From NCBI GenBank assembly GCA_965153285.1, contig OZ229111.1: a DNA stretch of 64,000 nucleotides; one strand, given 5' to 3'. The translations under genes were made by a program, and so were the position numbers. Positions 12,268-25,370 of this stretch are shown piece after piece. The stretch is from Podarcis tiliguerta (lineage: Eukaryota). Positions within the stretch are counted from its first letter, which is position 1. Each line of letters begins with the position of its first letter. Under the pieces are notes generated by a model. That model was not told where the DNA came from. It ran no database searches and saw only the letters and a program-made list of their open reading frames with translations.

Positions 12268-12463
12268 AGACTTGTGGCACCTTAAAGACTAACAGATTTA
12301 TTATGGCATAAGCTTCCATGAACTACAGTCCATTTCAGATGCATGAAGTATTATCTTGAGTTTATCCACAAAAGCTATTGTCACAATGAATTTGTTAGTA
12401 TTTAAGGTGCCACAAAACTCTTCCCTTTTTGTTTCAGAAGGCTAACACAGCTACTCCTCTGGA
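12268..12463. mobile_element. Penelope-like element remnant with inverted arms
   Basis: ttgtggcaccttaaagactaaca (12272) is inverted relative to tgttagtatttaaggtgccacaa (ends 12415); ctaacacagctactcctctg tail. Family assignment from memory. Confidence 0.6.
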
Positions 12464-15400
12464 AAGTATTTAAATAGGAATAATAGGAAAGGGTGCTATC
12501 CAACATCACAGGAGTGGACTTCCTGTCACCTTGTAGAACGTCCCCTTCTTCCCCATCCAAGGCCTTCTTACCATGTCAATGCATACCCCTCCCCCTCAAA
12601 CACACACATCTAAATTTATTTAATTGGAACTGGTCTTAATCTAAAATGGCCCTCAGTATTTTTGAACCAGTGCATTCAAAGACTTGTGGTTTCGAAAGCA
12701 GATTCCACACATCACTAAGGATCATGGGTGAGGTATTTCACTGTGTATTGTAGGTAGCTTGCCAGAAATGTGTCCTATCAATTTTGCTTTTATAGACGCA
12801 GCTAGATCCTGGTTGTGTGCTCCTAATTTCCAGATTTCCTGTTTTCGTCTTAACTTTCCTTCTGTCAATTTAAAAATTAAATTGTGTGGACCTTAGTCTC
12901 TGTCACTCCCTGATTGTGAAGCTGCTGCTGGATGAATAAATGTGTCAGGGCAGAGGGCTGCTTTGATCTTCTCTACAGTCTTTGCATTGTTATTTTTATT
13001 TGCTGTATTGGATGTCTAGTCAATGTTGAATGAGAACTGCCAGAATCAGCTCCATATCTGAGTAGCCCCTGGGTAAATTTACCTCTAATGAGCACCCATA
13101 TTTGTTGGTTGAACCCCTCAAGCTAACTTGGTGGGAACAAGCATGAGCACTCTGACCTACATGAGGCAGCAGGAGACTGAATCTTGCCACACTGTTGGCA
13201 TGGAATTCTGAAGCTATTCTAGGTCCAGAGCATTCTGGGAATCAACATGGCAGCCAGATGTATCTATTCAGCTTTGCCCAGAGTGTCATTTATGGTTGGG
13301 AAATGTGATGCAACATTCACTTTTAACCATTTGTGAGGATGCAACACGGTGTAAAGTTTTCAGACATCTTTGTTAGTAATGCATCCAAGTTACTGGGGAA
13401 TCTGTACACAATCTTGTTGAATAATTTGGATCAAGGCAGACAGTTTCAAGTAACTGTGCTTATTTGTTAATTTGTTAGTCATAAACAAAATTGCCTCGGC
13501 ACCATAGCAGAAGCAAGCTAGTGTTCCATCTACATAACCCTTGATTCAGCAAATATTGATAAACAAATGGGCTTTGTCCAGAGGAAAAATGGGATACGCT
13601 GTATTGTTTTACTGATTGATAACTGGTTACCATTTATAATGTACCGGAATTTACATTATAATTGCATTTTCTTAGAAAGAAACCTTTTGTAATTTCAGAT
13701 TGAATCAGATTTTTTAATGATCTGCCTCTTCAAGAGGTGCAAGTCAGGCAGAAATTCAATAGGTGAGAGCCACAAAGTAGCAAAGAACTAGCCCTGTAAC
13801 CAAGAGCAAGGGATCAAGGGAAATGTCTCAGATGAAGCCGGCTGCAAGCTACAGTGGAATTGGTAGAATTTTCCCTTCTGGGTATCGCTCATAGGAACAG
13901 GAGTAAAATGTTCATATTTTCAGTGTAATGTTCAATCACAGTTCAAAGCTGCCATTCAGCCAGGGAATGATGTAAAGCATTTGGCACCAGCCACACACAT
14001 GCACTCCATTTAAAGAAGCTCTCATTCATATTTTTTCAAATTATGCTTTCATATTACTAGTATTATTATTTATTATGGTTTTTTAAAAATAGCAATAATC
14101 ACTAAAACTACAGAAAGGGGATGTGACTTTCCAGACTTTAATAATTGCTTCCTGTTTCGTATTTCACTTAGAGCAGATCCAGAATTACTAAGCTGCAAAT
14201 GTGCCTAATGAAAAACACATTGGGCACAATCCAGTGTCAACATCTCCTGTGCAAACCTGATTGATTTTAAAGGAAGTTGCTCACGAGCAGGGCGACAGAA
14301 GACTAAGCCAAATGCCAAAAACGACAGGATGCTAAATGGAAGGACGGAAATCTTCTTCTGTGCAAGCTCCATTCGCATGAATGGGGTTTGCTCAGAAGAT
14401 TGCTACCCGGCCAATTTTACCTTAACCTTTTGCTGCTTTAAAAGCTTGTTAAACAATCAGTCTGTGGCTTGTTTTTCTTCTCCTCTGCGCACCCCCACCC
14501 CCCACTCTGAGCCACTGGTTTTGATCAGATCCCACAATTTATTTGCTATCGCTTGCTTTGCTTTAGGCAGTTCCTCTCTAATTTGCCCATTTGGCAGGCA
14601 GCGTTTGATGGTCCATTTCCACTGTATCTCGGGTTCAAGGTTTTAAGAAAGCAAGCAAATGTCTTAAGTGCTCACAGAGTTGATAATTGCTAAAACCAGG
14701 TTTGCTCATTTTCTGGATAGAGCTGTGAGCAGGACCAGTTGTGGCATGCTTTGCCGAGCGTATTCTCGTCTTGCTATATCTGGAATACCAAGTAGTACAA
14801 AAGTGGACTGAGTTAGCCTCCCAGCACATCAGATGTAACATAAAACAGCAGCTCCCCTGCATTTAGTACATCCAAGAAAAGGCTGCTGGGAATGTTAGGC
14901 TCTGCCTTCACTGCCCACCCCCCTTTAAAACCATTTCCATGACAATGGAAGGCAGGTCTCCACTGACTCCTCCACTTTCAATGTTTCAAGGCCACCCACC
15001 AAAGATTGCTTGAGATTGCAAGCTAAAACCTTTCCTCTCAGATACAGCAAGCCGCATCTATCCACAATTTCTCTCCTGTAAGTTTTTTTTATAGGAGGCA
15101 GCAGTGACTAGACAAAGCCAGAGCTGCTGTCACCAAAGCTTTCTGGAAAGTACCCAGAGTTTTTCATGTTTGTTGGTATTTTTGATGAATATTTTTGATT
15201 CACTTTTGCATGCTGCTTGGGGGTCTTTTGCTGGAGAGAGCGGTATATGAATTCTGTTAGGTAAAATAAATAAATTTGCTGGCGCATCAAAGCATATATT
15301 GCTAAAACATCAATTGCTGACATATCACACTGCTTTTTTGTGTAGAGCGAGTGAGACAATGACCCGCAATTCCGAATTGAACCACATGTGAAAAATCTAA

Positions 15401-16142
15401 TACTGTAAAATTAGTTGTTTTTTAACAATATTTTTATTAATTTTCAATTATTAAAAAATCCAATAACAGCCACATTTTATCAATATCAAATAACAATTCC
15501 CATCCAAATATAGGTCAGTTATACAGCCAATTATACATTTTGAGTGACTTCCCATGTGCTGGGTTTCAGGGTGCAAAGTTCTTATGTCTTCCTGCTTCCG
15601 AAATCTTAGTTAATCCAATTGCATTCAGTCCTGATCTTAGTCCCTTAGCAACAGCTACAGATTTCCTGACTTCCATTCGTGTTGAGATATTTACTAAAAA
15701 ATAAAAAATCCCTGCAAGATATTTCATCTCAATTGCACCTTGAATCTTTTAGGTGATTACCGGTGTAGACTGGTTGAAATAAAAAAATGTAAAGTCTATT
15801 GATTTCAGTTGGCCTACTTTAAATGTGAATTAACCAGGCAACCCCCTTTATATTTAAATATATTCATGTCAAGGTCTCTGTTAGAATGTCCAGGGAAAAT
15901 GATATTCTCCCCTACCTGCTATGTCTCCATCATAATGCAGTTTGAGTCTGCCCATTCTCTTACATAAGGTGATGTCTTGTCTGTACAATGCAAATGGCCA
16001 CAGTGTCGTTGACAAGTGTACCCCATGACATTGAAGGGCATGTCACATATGTAATATTGGGCACCCCCTCTTTATTCTGTACTTGTATTTACTCTGAGTT
16101 GAAAGCTTTCTTTCTCCCACCCTCCTCCTTTTCCCCCCTCAG

Positions 16143-16417
16143 TCAGCCACCTGCATCTCCCAGCACACAGGAAGCGATACAAGGGATGTTGTCGATGGCA
16201 AACCTGCCTACAGATTCCTGCCTACAGCCTTCGTGGGGCCCCAACCAAGCAAAGAATAATTCCACATCTGCCCCAAACGCCAAAAAAACTGGAAGTAGCA
16301 ACAACAAAAATGCAGGGAAAAGGTTGCCGAAAAAGAGTGCAAAAAACAACATTGACATTGAAGATTATGACGAGGACCAGGATCACTTAGAAGCCTGTTT
16401 TAAAGATTCTGATTATG
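16143..16417 (+). CDS. PHF2: PHF2 coding exon ([22 protein letters not shown]...ACFKDSDY), phase 2/1
   Basis: Long polypyrimidine tract, ccccctcag|T CAG ... TAT G|gtatgg; lies within ORF 15988..16467. Confidence 0.96.
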
Positions 16418-16697
16418 GTATGGAATGTCTGCATCACTTTTCTCTCTCTCTAGGTGTGGCCCTTTAAATATACGCATGCAGTGAAACACACGAAGGTGGC
16501 GGGTCCCTTCATGAAAGCAGTAACGCCACCAGTTGTTGTGGCAGCAGATTCTGAGTCAGAGGCCTGAATGATTGCTGGAAGCCAGCCTTGTTTTATCTGC
16601 CTCGCAACATCTCCCTTAATTCCATTTGGTAATTTTGTCTGTGTGAGATAGGTATGGGAGTTCTTTTCAAATTTTACAAGGGAGATCTCAGGTCATG

Positions 16698-16952
16698 AGA
16701 GCCAGCGTGGTGTAGTGGTTAAGAGCAGTGGACTCGTAATCTGGTGAACCGGGTTCGCTTCCCCGCTCTTCCACATGCAGCTGCTGGGTGACCTTGGGCT
16801 AGTCACACTTCTCTGAAGTCTCTCAGCCCCACTCACCTCACAGAGTGTTTGTTGTGGGGGAGGAAGGGAAAGGAGAATGTTAGCCGCTTTGAGACTCCTT
16901 AGGGTAGTGATAAAGCGGGATATCAAATCCAAACTCTTCTTCTTCCTCCTCT
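16698..16952 (+). mobile_element. tRNA-derived SINE with (CTT)n tail (Squam3-like)
   Basis: A-box tggtgtagtgg, B-box ggttcgcttcc, core gggtgaccttgggctagtcac, tail ctcttcttcttc. Confidence 0.8.
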
Positions 16953-18786
16953 TCATGCTTACTGAAGTGCTATTCAGGCATTCAGCCTGGACGCAGAAGG
17001 GCAAAAGTGTGTTGGAGGATGGGGGCATGTATGATGGCCCCATTCCTAGTGTCCCTGGACATGCCCCCTTCACCTCCCAATTAAGCCTCCTCTTAGTTGG
17101 GAACCCAGAGTGTTTAAGCACATCCATTAAGTGCCAGGTTTCTCCCCCACCATTAACTTCCTCTGCTTCCACTCCATGCTGCTTCATATGCTACTGCAAT
17201 TTCTTCATGTTTAAAAAGCAGTTTGTGATGCAACATGGGGAGGTGACTGTTTGAAAAAGGGAGGAAGAAGCCCTAGGCAGACATGCAGAGCTGTGGACCA
17301 ACTTTTTCAGTGAGCAAGCAAACTCATTAATGGCGCTAACATTGCAATTTACCAGCCATTTACACAATCAACATAGCTTTGTTTCCCCCAGTGGGACTGC
17401 ACTGCTAGAACATGCTTAGTGAAGTGTCGCCCTAAGACCGATAGATAGCCTAATAATTTAGCTTCCAAAAATATTAAGCCATACGTAAGATGTCTTCCAC
17501 CCCTTTGGAAAGCACATAATTTCCCTCCGCTTTCAGCATTTGAGAGGCTAAAAGCAAACAGATTGAAATCCTGTTGTAGACTCTCTTCTGAATTGAAGAA
17601 GCTGTACTTCTTTGACAAAACATAAGCACAAATTATAATGACGGTACCTGTAGGCATATCACTCTAGTTAAATTACTTTTAAATGATTGCAAAAGTATAA
17701 TGTATAGACACGATCTAAAGATGTCATTCTGAAAGGAGAAGACCGATTTGGTGGGGTGGGGAGAGAACCAACATTCTTGCTAATTACATATTTATGCTAC
17801 CATTTAATAGGCTTGCTTTGTTGTAATATGGTTTGGTTCACTAAGGCTCCATTTGTCCTACATCTGGCCAGCACATTTTCAGTCGGTGGCTAAATTGATG
17901 CAATTGCTTTAAAATCATATCTCGCCATAGCAAAAAGAAATGAAATTTAAGTCCACATTTGAGATAGGTTTCTCAGTTTAAGTGGGCATAATGCAAACAA
18001 TGTAGCTGCCATTAGGCTAGAAGTTGCTGGTTCTCTGAAAGCAAAAGAGATGGAGGGTGTGGCAAATCTCAGATGTTTCCATAGAATAATTGGAGGTAGA
18101 GTAGCTGTGTCTCCAATAACCACATGTGTAGCTACTGCTACTACCACATGGCTGCAGCTTACAATGTGTGTGAGCAACTGCCTCCACCCTGCCCATTCTT
18201 TGGGTACTTTTTAATGAGGCTAGGACTTTATAAATGGCTGCCAGAATCCTTCCTAAGCATACAAGATGCACAGAACAAAGAACTGCTAATGGCTGTAGAC
18301 GCGTTCCAGATACAGTAAGCCTGCAACTTATACGGGGGTTACGTTCCATGAATCACACCTAAAGCCAAAATTGCACATGAAAACAAATGCTTGGAAAAAT
18401 TATTGAAGTGCACAGTAGATCTGTAGAAATTGCTTAATAATAATAAGAATTTGTATACTGCCCTTTATCCATAGATCTCAGCGCGAAGTCTGATGTGGAA
18501 GCTAAGGGCCACCTTCAATATAGTCCTAATTCAGAGATACTGACAAAGGAGTCTTGCTCCTGTAACTCAAGCACAGGAATAGATCATGATGCAAAGCTAA
18601 TATTTTTATCCTTCTAAACATGAAGGATAATGTTCATGTTTAGAACTGAATTATTCCAGGTTTGATTCACCCACTCAAAGGCTATTGGCTCCTCCCATTT
18701 TATTTTATTTTTTACATATATGGCATGCTTACACTATCGAATAGTGCCATACCAGAATCTCTTATGGTATTTGTTTTCTCTTTTAG

Positions 18787-18882
18787 TTTATCCCTCCCTT
18801 GAATCAGATGAAGATAATCCAGTATTCAAGTCTCGATCAAAGAAAAGGAAAAGTTCTGATGATGCACCATATAGCCCAACAG
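18787..18882 (+). CDS. PHF2: PHF2 coding exon ([32 protein letters not shown]), phase 1/1
   Basis: ttctcttttag|TT TAT ... ACA G|gtaata. Confidence 0.96.
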
Positions 18883-19393
18883 GTAATATTTATAATACTT
18901 TAAATCAAACATATACAGGAAAAATACTGTAAAATCCTTTTAATTCATCATTTACTGTACACACAAAGATTTCTAGGAAGCCCCAAAGTAAGTTATGCCA
19001 TTCACTTATACCTTTTGATGACAATAAACCTAAAAGTGGTCAGAGTTGCTGCAGTATTTCAAGGATGGATGTATATGGCTGATCCTGACTACCACATTCC
19101 TGGCAAGGTGCTGCTTAAATATGCTGCCCTTACCATACCTTGTGTCACAGCAAACAAAGAAAGGATTCCTCAGCAGCACTGATATTTTGACTGGATTCCT
19201 ATAATCAGACATGTAATTTTTGAGGAAATCATTTGCACAGGTTTCTGGATCTGAGTGAGATCACCTCAATTCAGCCTTTGTACTTTATGTGTTCTACAGA
19301 AAGCATGCTTAAATCTGTACTGGGTATGCTAGTGTATATATACAACTTCACATTGCTGCGTTTGTAACCTTTGTTTTTTGCTTCTGCATTTAG

Positions 19394-19503
19394 CAAGGGT
19401 TGGCCCATCGGTACCTCGGCAAGACAGACCTGTCCGAGAAGGTACAAGAGTTGCCTCTATTGAAACAGGACTGGCGGCAGCAGCTGCTAAATTATCCCAG
19501 CAG
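19394..19503 (+). CDS. PHF2: PHF2 coding exon ([37 protein letters not shown]), phase 1/0
   Basis: ctgcatttag|CA AGG ... CAG CAG|gtgagc. Confidence 0.96.
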
Positions 19504-19798
19504 GTGAGCTGACCAGAGAGGTTTCAAAAATAAATAAATCCCATGGACATCGGAGTAGACCGATTGGAATTCATGGCCATTAATTTCTATGGGTCAGCAC
19601 TGAGTAAAACTTAATTGAATACCACACCTAGAAATTCTGCCCTCTCCTTTTCCAACATGCTGTTCTGGGGAATTCTCCCAGTCCTCCAGAGTGGATTTGA
19701 GGGAGTGCATGGAATGAGAAGGGGCAGAAGAAGCCATGTTGCAGTAGCCAGAATCTTTGTGCCACAATGGGTTAGTTGAATCTGGTTCCCAGTTTTTC

Positions 19799-20060
19799 AT
19801 CATAGAATCATATAGTTGTAGATTTGGAAGGAACCCCAAAGATCGTCTAGTCCAACCCCCTGCAATGTAGGATTTGCAACTAAAATATCTGTGACAGATG
19901 GCCGTCCCATCTCTGTTTAAAAACCTCCAATGAAGGAGAGAGTCCACCACCTTCCAAGGGAGCCCATTCCACTCTCAAACAGCTCTTACCATCAGAAAGT
20001 TCTTCCTGATATTTAGTCGTTATTTCCTTCCTTGTAATTTGAATCCTTTGGTTTGGGGCC
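19799..20060 (-). mobile_element. CR1 LINE 3' fragment
   Basis: catagaatcatatagttgtag...ctagtccaacccc is the reverse complement of a CR1 3' end. Confidence 0.75.
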
Positions 20061-20181
20061 TACCCTCTGGAGCTTGTAGGGCTGCGATGGCTATTTATGG
20101 AGTGTGGTGCCTGTAATGTACCAGTGCTAGCAATAACAGCTACCTTTTTGAAGCTAATGGCCATCGTATCATTTTTGAAAG

Positions 20182-20443
20182 GAGGAGCAGAAGGGCAAGA
20201 AGAAAAAGAACACCAAAAAGAAACTGTCGCCCAACAACACAAACAAAATCCCTCAGGAAAGCAGCTCTCCTGAACCCAAGCTGGAGTCCCACAGCAGTAG
20301 TTTAGCAGACCACGAGTATACAGCTGGTGCAAGCACGTTTGGGGTGGCCCAGGTCAACCGAGGTTCTCAACCCATGGCACCAGGAGTTTTCCTCACGCAA
20401 CGGAGGCCCTCGTCGTCGTCACAGAATAATGCTGCCGCCAAAG
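20182..20443 (+). CDS. PHF2: PHF2 coding exon (EEQKGKKKK...[12 protein letters not shown]...[13 protein letters not shown]...AAK), phase 0/1
   Basis: atttttgaaag|GAG GAG CAG ... AAA G|gtagtt; exact acceptor ambiguous because of tandem AGs. Confidence 0.9.
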
Positions 20444-20730
20444 GTAGTTTTCGTCAGTTTATATTAGAAGTGGCAGATATTTTCATGAGCCGGCAGCGTC
20501 ATTTCCTTAATACATGCTTTGCTTTGTCATAATATGTGGTCTTGTATTGTTTTCAAATCAGTTCATGTAGCATTTGGCAAGTCGTGTTGGTATGCCTCAA
20601 TTGCCTACAGAAACCACAGGAAACCACACAACCAGTGTGTATCAAGGAAAACACACTGGTTGTATACACATGGAATGCCTGCTACTTTAGGAATGGTAGT
20701 TTTCAACTTTTAAGAAGCTAACATACCAGT

Positions 20731-21075
20731 ATACCTGAAGGAGCGTCTCCATCCCCATCGTTCAGCCCAGACACTGAGGTCCAGTGCTGAGGGCCTTCTG
20801 GCAGTTCCCTCATTACAAGAAGCGAGGTTACAGGGAACCAGGCAGAGGGCCTTCTTGGTAGTGGCGCCCGCACTGTGGAACGCCCTCCCATCAGATGTCA
20901 AGGAAATAAATAACTAGCTGACTTTTAGAAGACACCTGAGGGCAGCCCTGTTTAAGGAAGTTTTTAATGTTTTTAAAGTTTTATCACATTTTTTTACATT
21001 TTGTTGGGAGCAGCCCAGAGTGGCTGGGGAAACCCAGCCAGATGGTCGGGGTATAAATAATAAATTATCATTATT
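20731..21075 (+). mobile_element. L2 LINE 3' fragment
   Basis: Translates to YLKERLHPHRSAQTLRSSAEGLLAVP...QRAFLVVAPALWNALPSDVKE; 3' tail with (TAA/TTA)n. Confidence 0.82.
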
Positions 21076-21792
21076 ATAATTGTTTGTCTTCTGCGGTGCG
21101 GTAAATGTTTGATACGTTTGCCCTTAGACCAGGAGCAGCAAACTGTGAATACTCTGTAGATCCCTAAGCGTGCTAATGCCTTTTGGCATCAGTTGCTGTG
21201 ATGTTCGGGCAGAAGAAAGCTTTTGAAGCTCCCAAACGATCGACCAGGAGGGAGAGAACATGCCAGTCGGGCATGTGTCTCTGCCAGTTTGTTGTATGTT
21301 GTATGTTGCCATCCCAGCAGCAATCCCCTTCCCCTGTGCAGGAAAACAAGAGCCAAAGGAGAGGGAGAGAAAGGGGAAAGAGAAAGGCAAGCAGCATAAT
21401 ATGTAACTTGACCTTCAGTTTGTGGGATGCAACTTGTGGGTCGCTTTTTCCTTTTTCTGTTCAGATTAGTTTTTTAGCCTTGATGAAAAGATATTTGATA
21501 TCAATCTTTGTGTTCTTTTGCAGATTTCAACAAAATCTATTTAAAAAACAACAAAAAACAAAATTTAGCCTCACCATAAGTCAACTAGATGGCCTTAGTC
21601 AGGCCGCCATTTTCCTCACCCAACTGTACAGAACATGGGAAATGTTTGATTTGCTTCTAGAATGTGGGGATGTAGCCAAATCCTTTCCAAACCAATCTTC
21701 ATTTGCGTTTGCTTCATCTTTGTCTGTCGTAAAACTTTCTTCATAGACAGAGGTCTTGTGGCTTAATGTGTCCCCTTTTCTCACACTTGCAG

Positions 21793-21881
21793 GGAAACGT
21801 ACGAAAAAAGGCATGGCCACAGCTAAGCAAAGGCTTGGGAAGATTTTGAAAATTCATCGGAACGGGAAACTTCTCCTCTAA
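21793..21881 (+). CDS. PHF2: PHF2 terminal coding exon ([29 protein letters not shown])
   Basis: cacacttgcag|GG AAA ... CTC TAA; conserved C-terminus of the PHF2/PHF8/KDM7A family. Confidence 0.96.
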
Positions 21882-24800
21882 AACTTAGCCCCAGCTGGGA
21901 CTCTTATCAAAGTTCAGAATGTCCTGAGCTGACACTAACTCTTCTTCAACTCTTGAAGGACCTTCAGTCGTATTGTGCAACACCCGAGGGACAATACCAG
22001 TTAACTTTTTGCCACCACTTTAATAAATTCTTTTTAACTTTCAGCAGTTAAACATGTACAGAATACTGCTATAAATATTTTTTAATATAGATGTCCTTTC
22101 TCAAATTGCTGAGAGTGACTAGTTCGCAAAAAGTTAATACTCCAAGAAACTGAGGATCATTCCAGTTTTAGGAAAGTATCCCTTTAACTTGTTTATAAGT
22201 GAAGAAAAAGTGGTTGTTTTTAACAGTATGCACATTAATTTCAGTTATGTTTCATTTATCCAGCTGCACCAATTTTAGAGAGGTATCTGGTTAAGTGGCA
22301 GGAGATTAGAGTTTTGGTAAATTCCACCTTTGCTCAAATTAACTTACAGAGAGGGGGAAGAGATTTTTGCCATTACTGTGTGTGATATAATACATGTGAG
22401 ACATAATATGCATAATGGAATACTTAGTTTTCTTTACCTGGCTCATAATAAGTATGTTTTGGTCAATGGAAGAACTAAAATTGCACTTCAGCACTACTAA
22501 GAACTTTCCCTATAACTGGGTATAGGACAAAAATGGATGAATTAATTTATTTTATGTGCAATGCTAGGTGACTGCCGGAACAATCCGGATCACAGGCCTG
22601 ATCCAATTGGGTTAATGATTAGGGTGTGTAGACGCAAAATGGGTTAATGCAGTTCTTTGAAAATCAGTGATAGTTATTCCATTAATTTCAGTTGGTGCTG
22701 GATTACAATCCTTCTCATTGATAGTTTTCCATCCCTCCCACCATTTTCTTATCTGTAAGTTTTATTTTTTTTAGCACCTCTTAGCATACTGTCTGTCCTT
22801 ATTGTCTCTGCTTTCACCGCCACAAGGCAATGTGTGATAGGAGTAGCCTTGTAAGACAAAGCAAAACACCCCAATAATAACAAAAACCAATGTGTACAGA
22901 TGGGAGATTGTTACAAAATGATGGAATTGGCTCCTTAGCAATAAGACCTGAAAAGAACGGTTGAGTCTGGAGATTTCTTTTCACTCACCGCTGTTCTTGC
23001 TAAGGCTTGTTTACATGATCCTAGAAGCAGAGGGGTTGCAGTTTTGTTTCTTTCAAGATATTGCTAGGTCAGGGTTTCTGTTCGGAAATTATGGCTGTTG
23101 TTTACCAGAGAAGAGAATTCCATGTTCAGGGCTGACTCTCCAGTTAACCTTGTGACAAAGTTGCCACTTCTGTGTGTCTAGGCCCCCGTCTCGAGGTGCT
23201 GATTCTTGAAATTGAGCACCATGCGGGAGGAACAGATGTCATGGCTCCTTCTGAATCCCAAAGACAGATGCTGCCCACGGCATGTGAAATAGGCTCTTTA
23301 TCTCCCCATTTCAATGGCTACTCAAGGAGGACTTGACCAAGTAGACATGGCAAGTGTGACACAAAGTTAACACAATATGTCCTCCTTACATTGTGAGCCT
23401 GTGCGTGTCAACTCTGAAGTAAGTCCCTTTGAGTTCAACGTGCTTGCTCTTAAGTGGATATACGATAGCACCTTTAGTCCAGTATCTCCTCACCAGTGCT
23501 ATTTTCTAGAAAAAGAGGTGGCTCTCTCGTTCTCTTAGAATGGCAGTGGAACCCACCTGAGAGGTGCCAGAACTTAGTTCCGGCTGCAAAAAAGCCCTTC
23601 TGCTCAATAATTTTCTTGGGTCATCCCTTGGACCCTTGCTATCTTGACGTGACTTCTGAACCCCATCCAACAGATCACACGTTAAGTTCACGGCGACACA
23701 GTTTTTTTTAAAAAAATGCAATCAATTAATATGAGATGAAACCAATGACAGCCCCCCACCAATTAACCAGGGTTTATTTCTTTCAATTCACAGTAGCCTT
23801 GAGTAAACCCCTGGATCATGTAAACAAAAGAGTCACATCATTGAGCTAAGCTGTTTTCTTGGGATAACTAAGAATGTCAGCAAACAGGGCACTTTCTTCT
23901 GGCTCCATGACTCAACTCCATCCCATCTTCCTGCTCTGGGGAAAGCAGCTGGCGGATGTGTGTGTGTGTGAGGAAACAGTTCCGGAGGCAAAGTGCTAAG
24001 AAAATGTAACATCTGTATCAACACTTTGAGGGTTTGTGGGCTGTTGTTTTTTAATGCTTGCAAACCCACTAAGACATGATGGCTCCATGGTTTGAGCTCG
24101 CCTTGACCCCAAGGCAGGCCGTGAGGTGCAAACCCATGTCAGCGATGTACATAAGGCTTCTGACAGTCATATCAAAGCACTTCCTATGAGATACACTTGT
24201 CTGAAGGAATGACGGCTGTGGGCACACACAGATGTCTGATAAGACGAAAGCCAAGCTTATTGACAGTTTAACTGGATACTTGTCGTCTTTTAACTCTCTT
24301 AGTGTTTAGTGTAGAGTGCATTATTTTACATTAAACTTGCTTGTCTGCATTTAAACACTTAAAGAGTTAAATTTGTTTCTCAGGCAATCCCAGGTTTTCA
24401 TTTATAGATCTGTTTCCTAAAGCATATTTTTTCATAGAATGTAGCCTGTAAATAGCTTTTTAAATACCTTCTTTTTTATAAGAGCAAAGTATCTTTAGAC
24501 CTTTCTTTCTATAGAATACTTCATTAACCTTTATACAAGTTTTTTGCCGAGTATTATCAACTGTTGTATTTTAGGTTCTTGACTCTAAGAGAGGAATTTT
24601 GGGTTTTTGGTCCTTGTTTTTGTTTTCTTTTCCCTTTGATTATTATTATTATTATATTAATTATTTCGGCATTGCCTGAAAAACAAGTAAAACTTTGTGC
24701 AGCCTTATACAGAATCGAATAATAGTACAAAAAATTGATCTATTTAAGACACATTATGAAGAAGAATCTTCAACTTTATAATACCAGCTCCTTGTTTCAA

Positions 24801-25370
24801 TTCTTGTATTATGAGGGGATACAATTATTTTATTAGCACCTTGTGAAGTGTTTCTGTGTTTTGTGATGATGTAATTTATTAATGTTTGTAGCTTTTTATA
24901 TTTGTACATTTATTATGAGCTTTGTTTATATACACATTACCTGGATGTGATGTCCATGAGGAAAAAAAAAACAGCTACAGAAAACAACTGAGGCCTTATT
25001 AACTAACCTTTCTACAGCCACGATGGGGAAACTGGGTTTGGATCCTCGGAGTCAAAAATGTTAGTTGAATAGGGCCCCAGGGTTAAGCCGAGCAAGTTTT
25101 TTTAAGCTTCCCTAGTATACTGTTCTTGTCAAGCATTTATATAATATAACACAAACATCATGCTGTTTTTTATTATTATTATTGTTATTATTATGATTAT
25201 TATTATGATTATTATTTTCGCAACATGTACATTTCTAACAAAGTTTATTGTGGCTATCTATTACAGTGTTTTATTTACCGATTCATATCAAATGCTCTTG
25301 TATCAAGTCCATGAAATCTAAGTAAACTTAGATCAAAATTTTAAAAGTAAAATATTTCAGGTTTTGTATA
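21882..25370 (+). other. PHF2: Probable long PHF2 3'UTR (3' end approximate)
   Basis: AT-rich and nearly TE-free after the stop. AATAAA at 22022; AGTAAA variants at 25321 and ~25346 followed by GT-rich ttggtttggttcttg; TE density rises sharply after ~25430. Confidence 0.6.
25170..25216. repeat. (TTA/TGA)n microsatellite in the putative 3'UTR
   Basis: Read directly. Confidence 0.85.

Larger units (their letters stand above)
2682..21881 (+). other. PHF2: PHF2 gene, 3' portion (11 coding exons; PHD and JmjC exons lie upstream of the window)
   Basis: join(2682..3095,4051..4170,5723..5841,9159..9337,10404..10477,11284..11441,16143..16417,18787..18882,19394..19503,20182..20443,21793..21881) = 1896 nt, in frame, all GT-AG. 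Peptides such as [61 protein letters not shown] and [21 protein letters not shown] are recognised as PHF2. Confidence 0.96.

Noticed and set aside
16698-16775. tRNA gene
   Set aside because: The tRNA-like head continues into a SINE body and tail; no proper cloverleaf or terminator. The same applies to 53932..54000 and the Sauria SINE heads.
21183-21746. 187-aa intronic ORF
   Set aside because: Non-ATG start, no recognisable domain, and it runs through polypyrimidine tracts; only the acceptor at 21523 (different frame) was kept as a lead.
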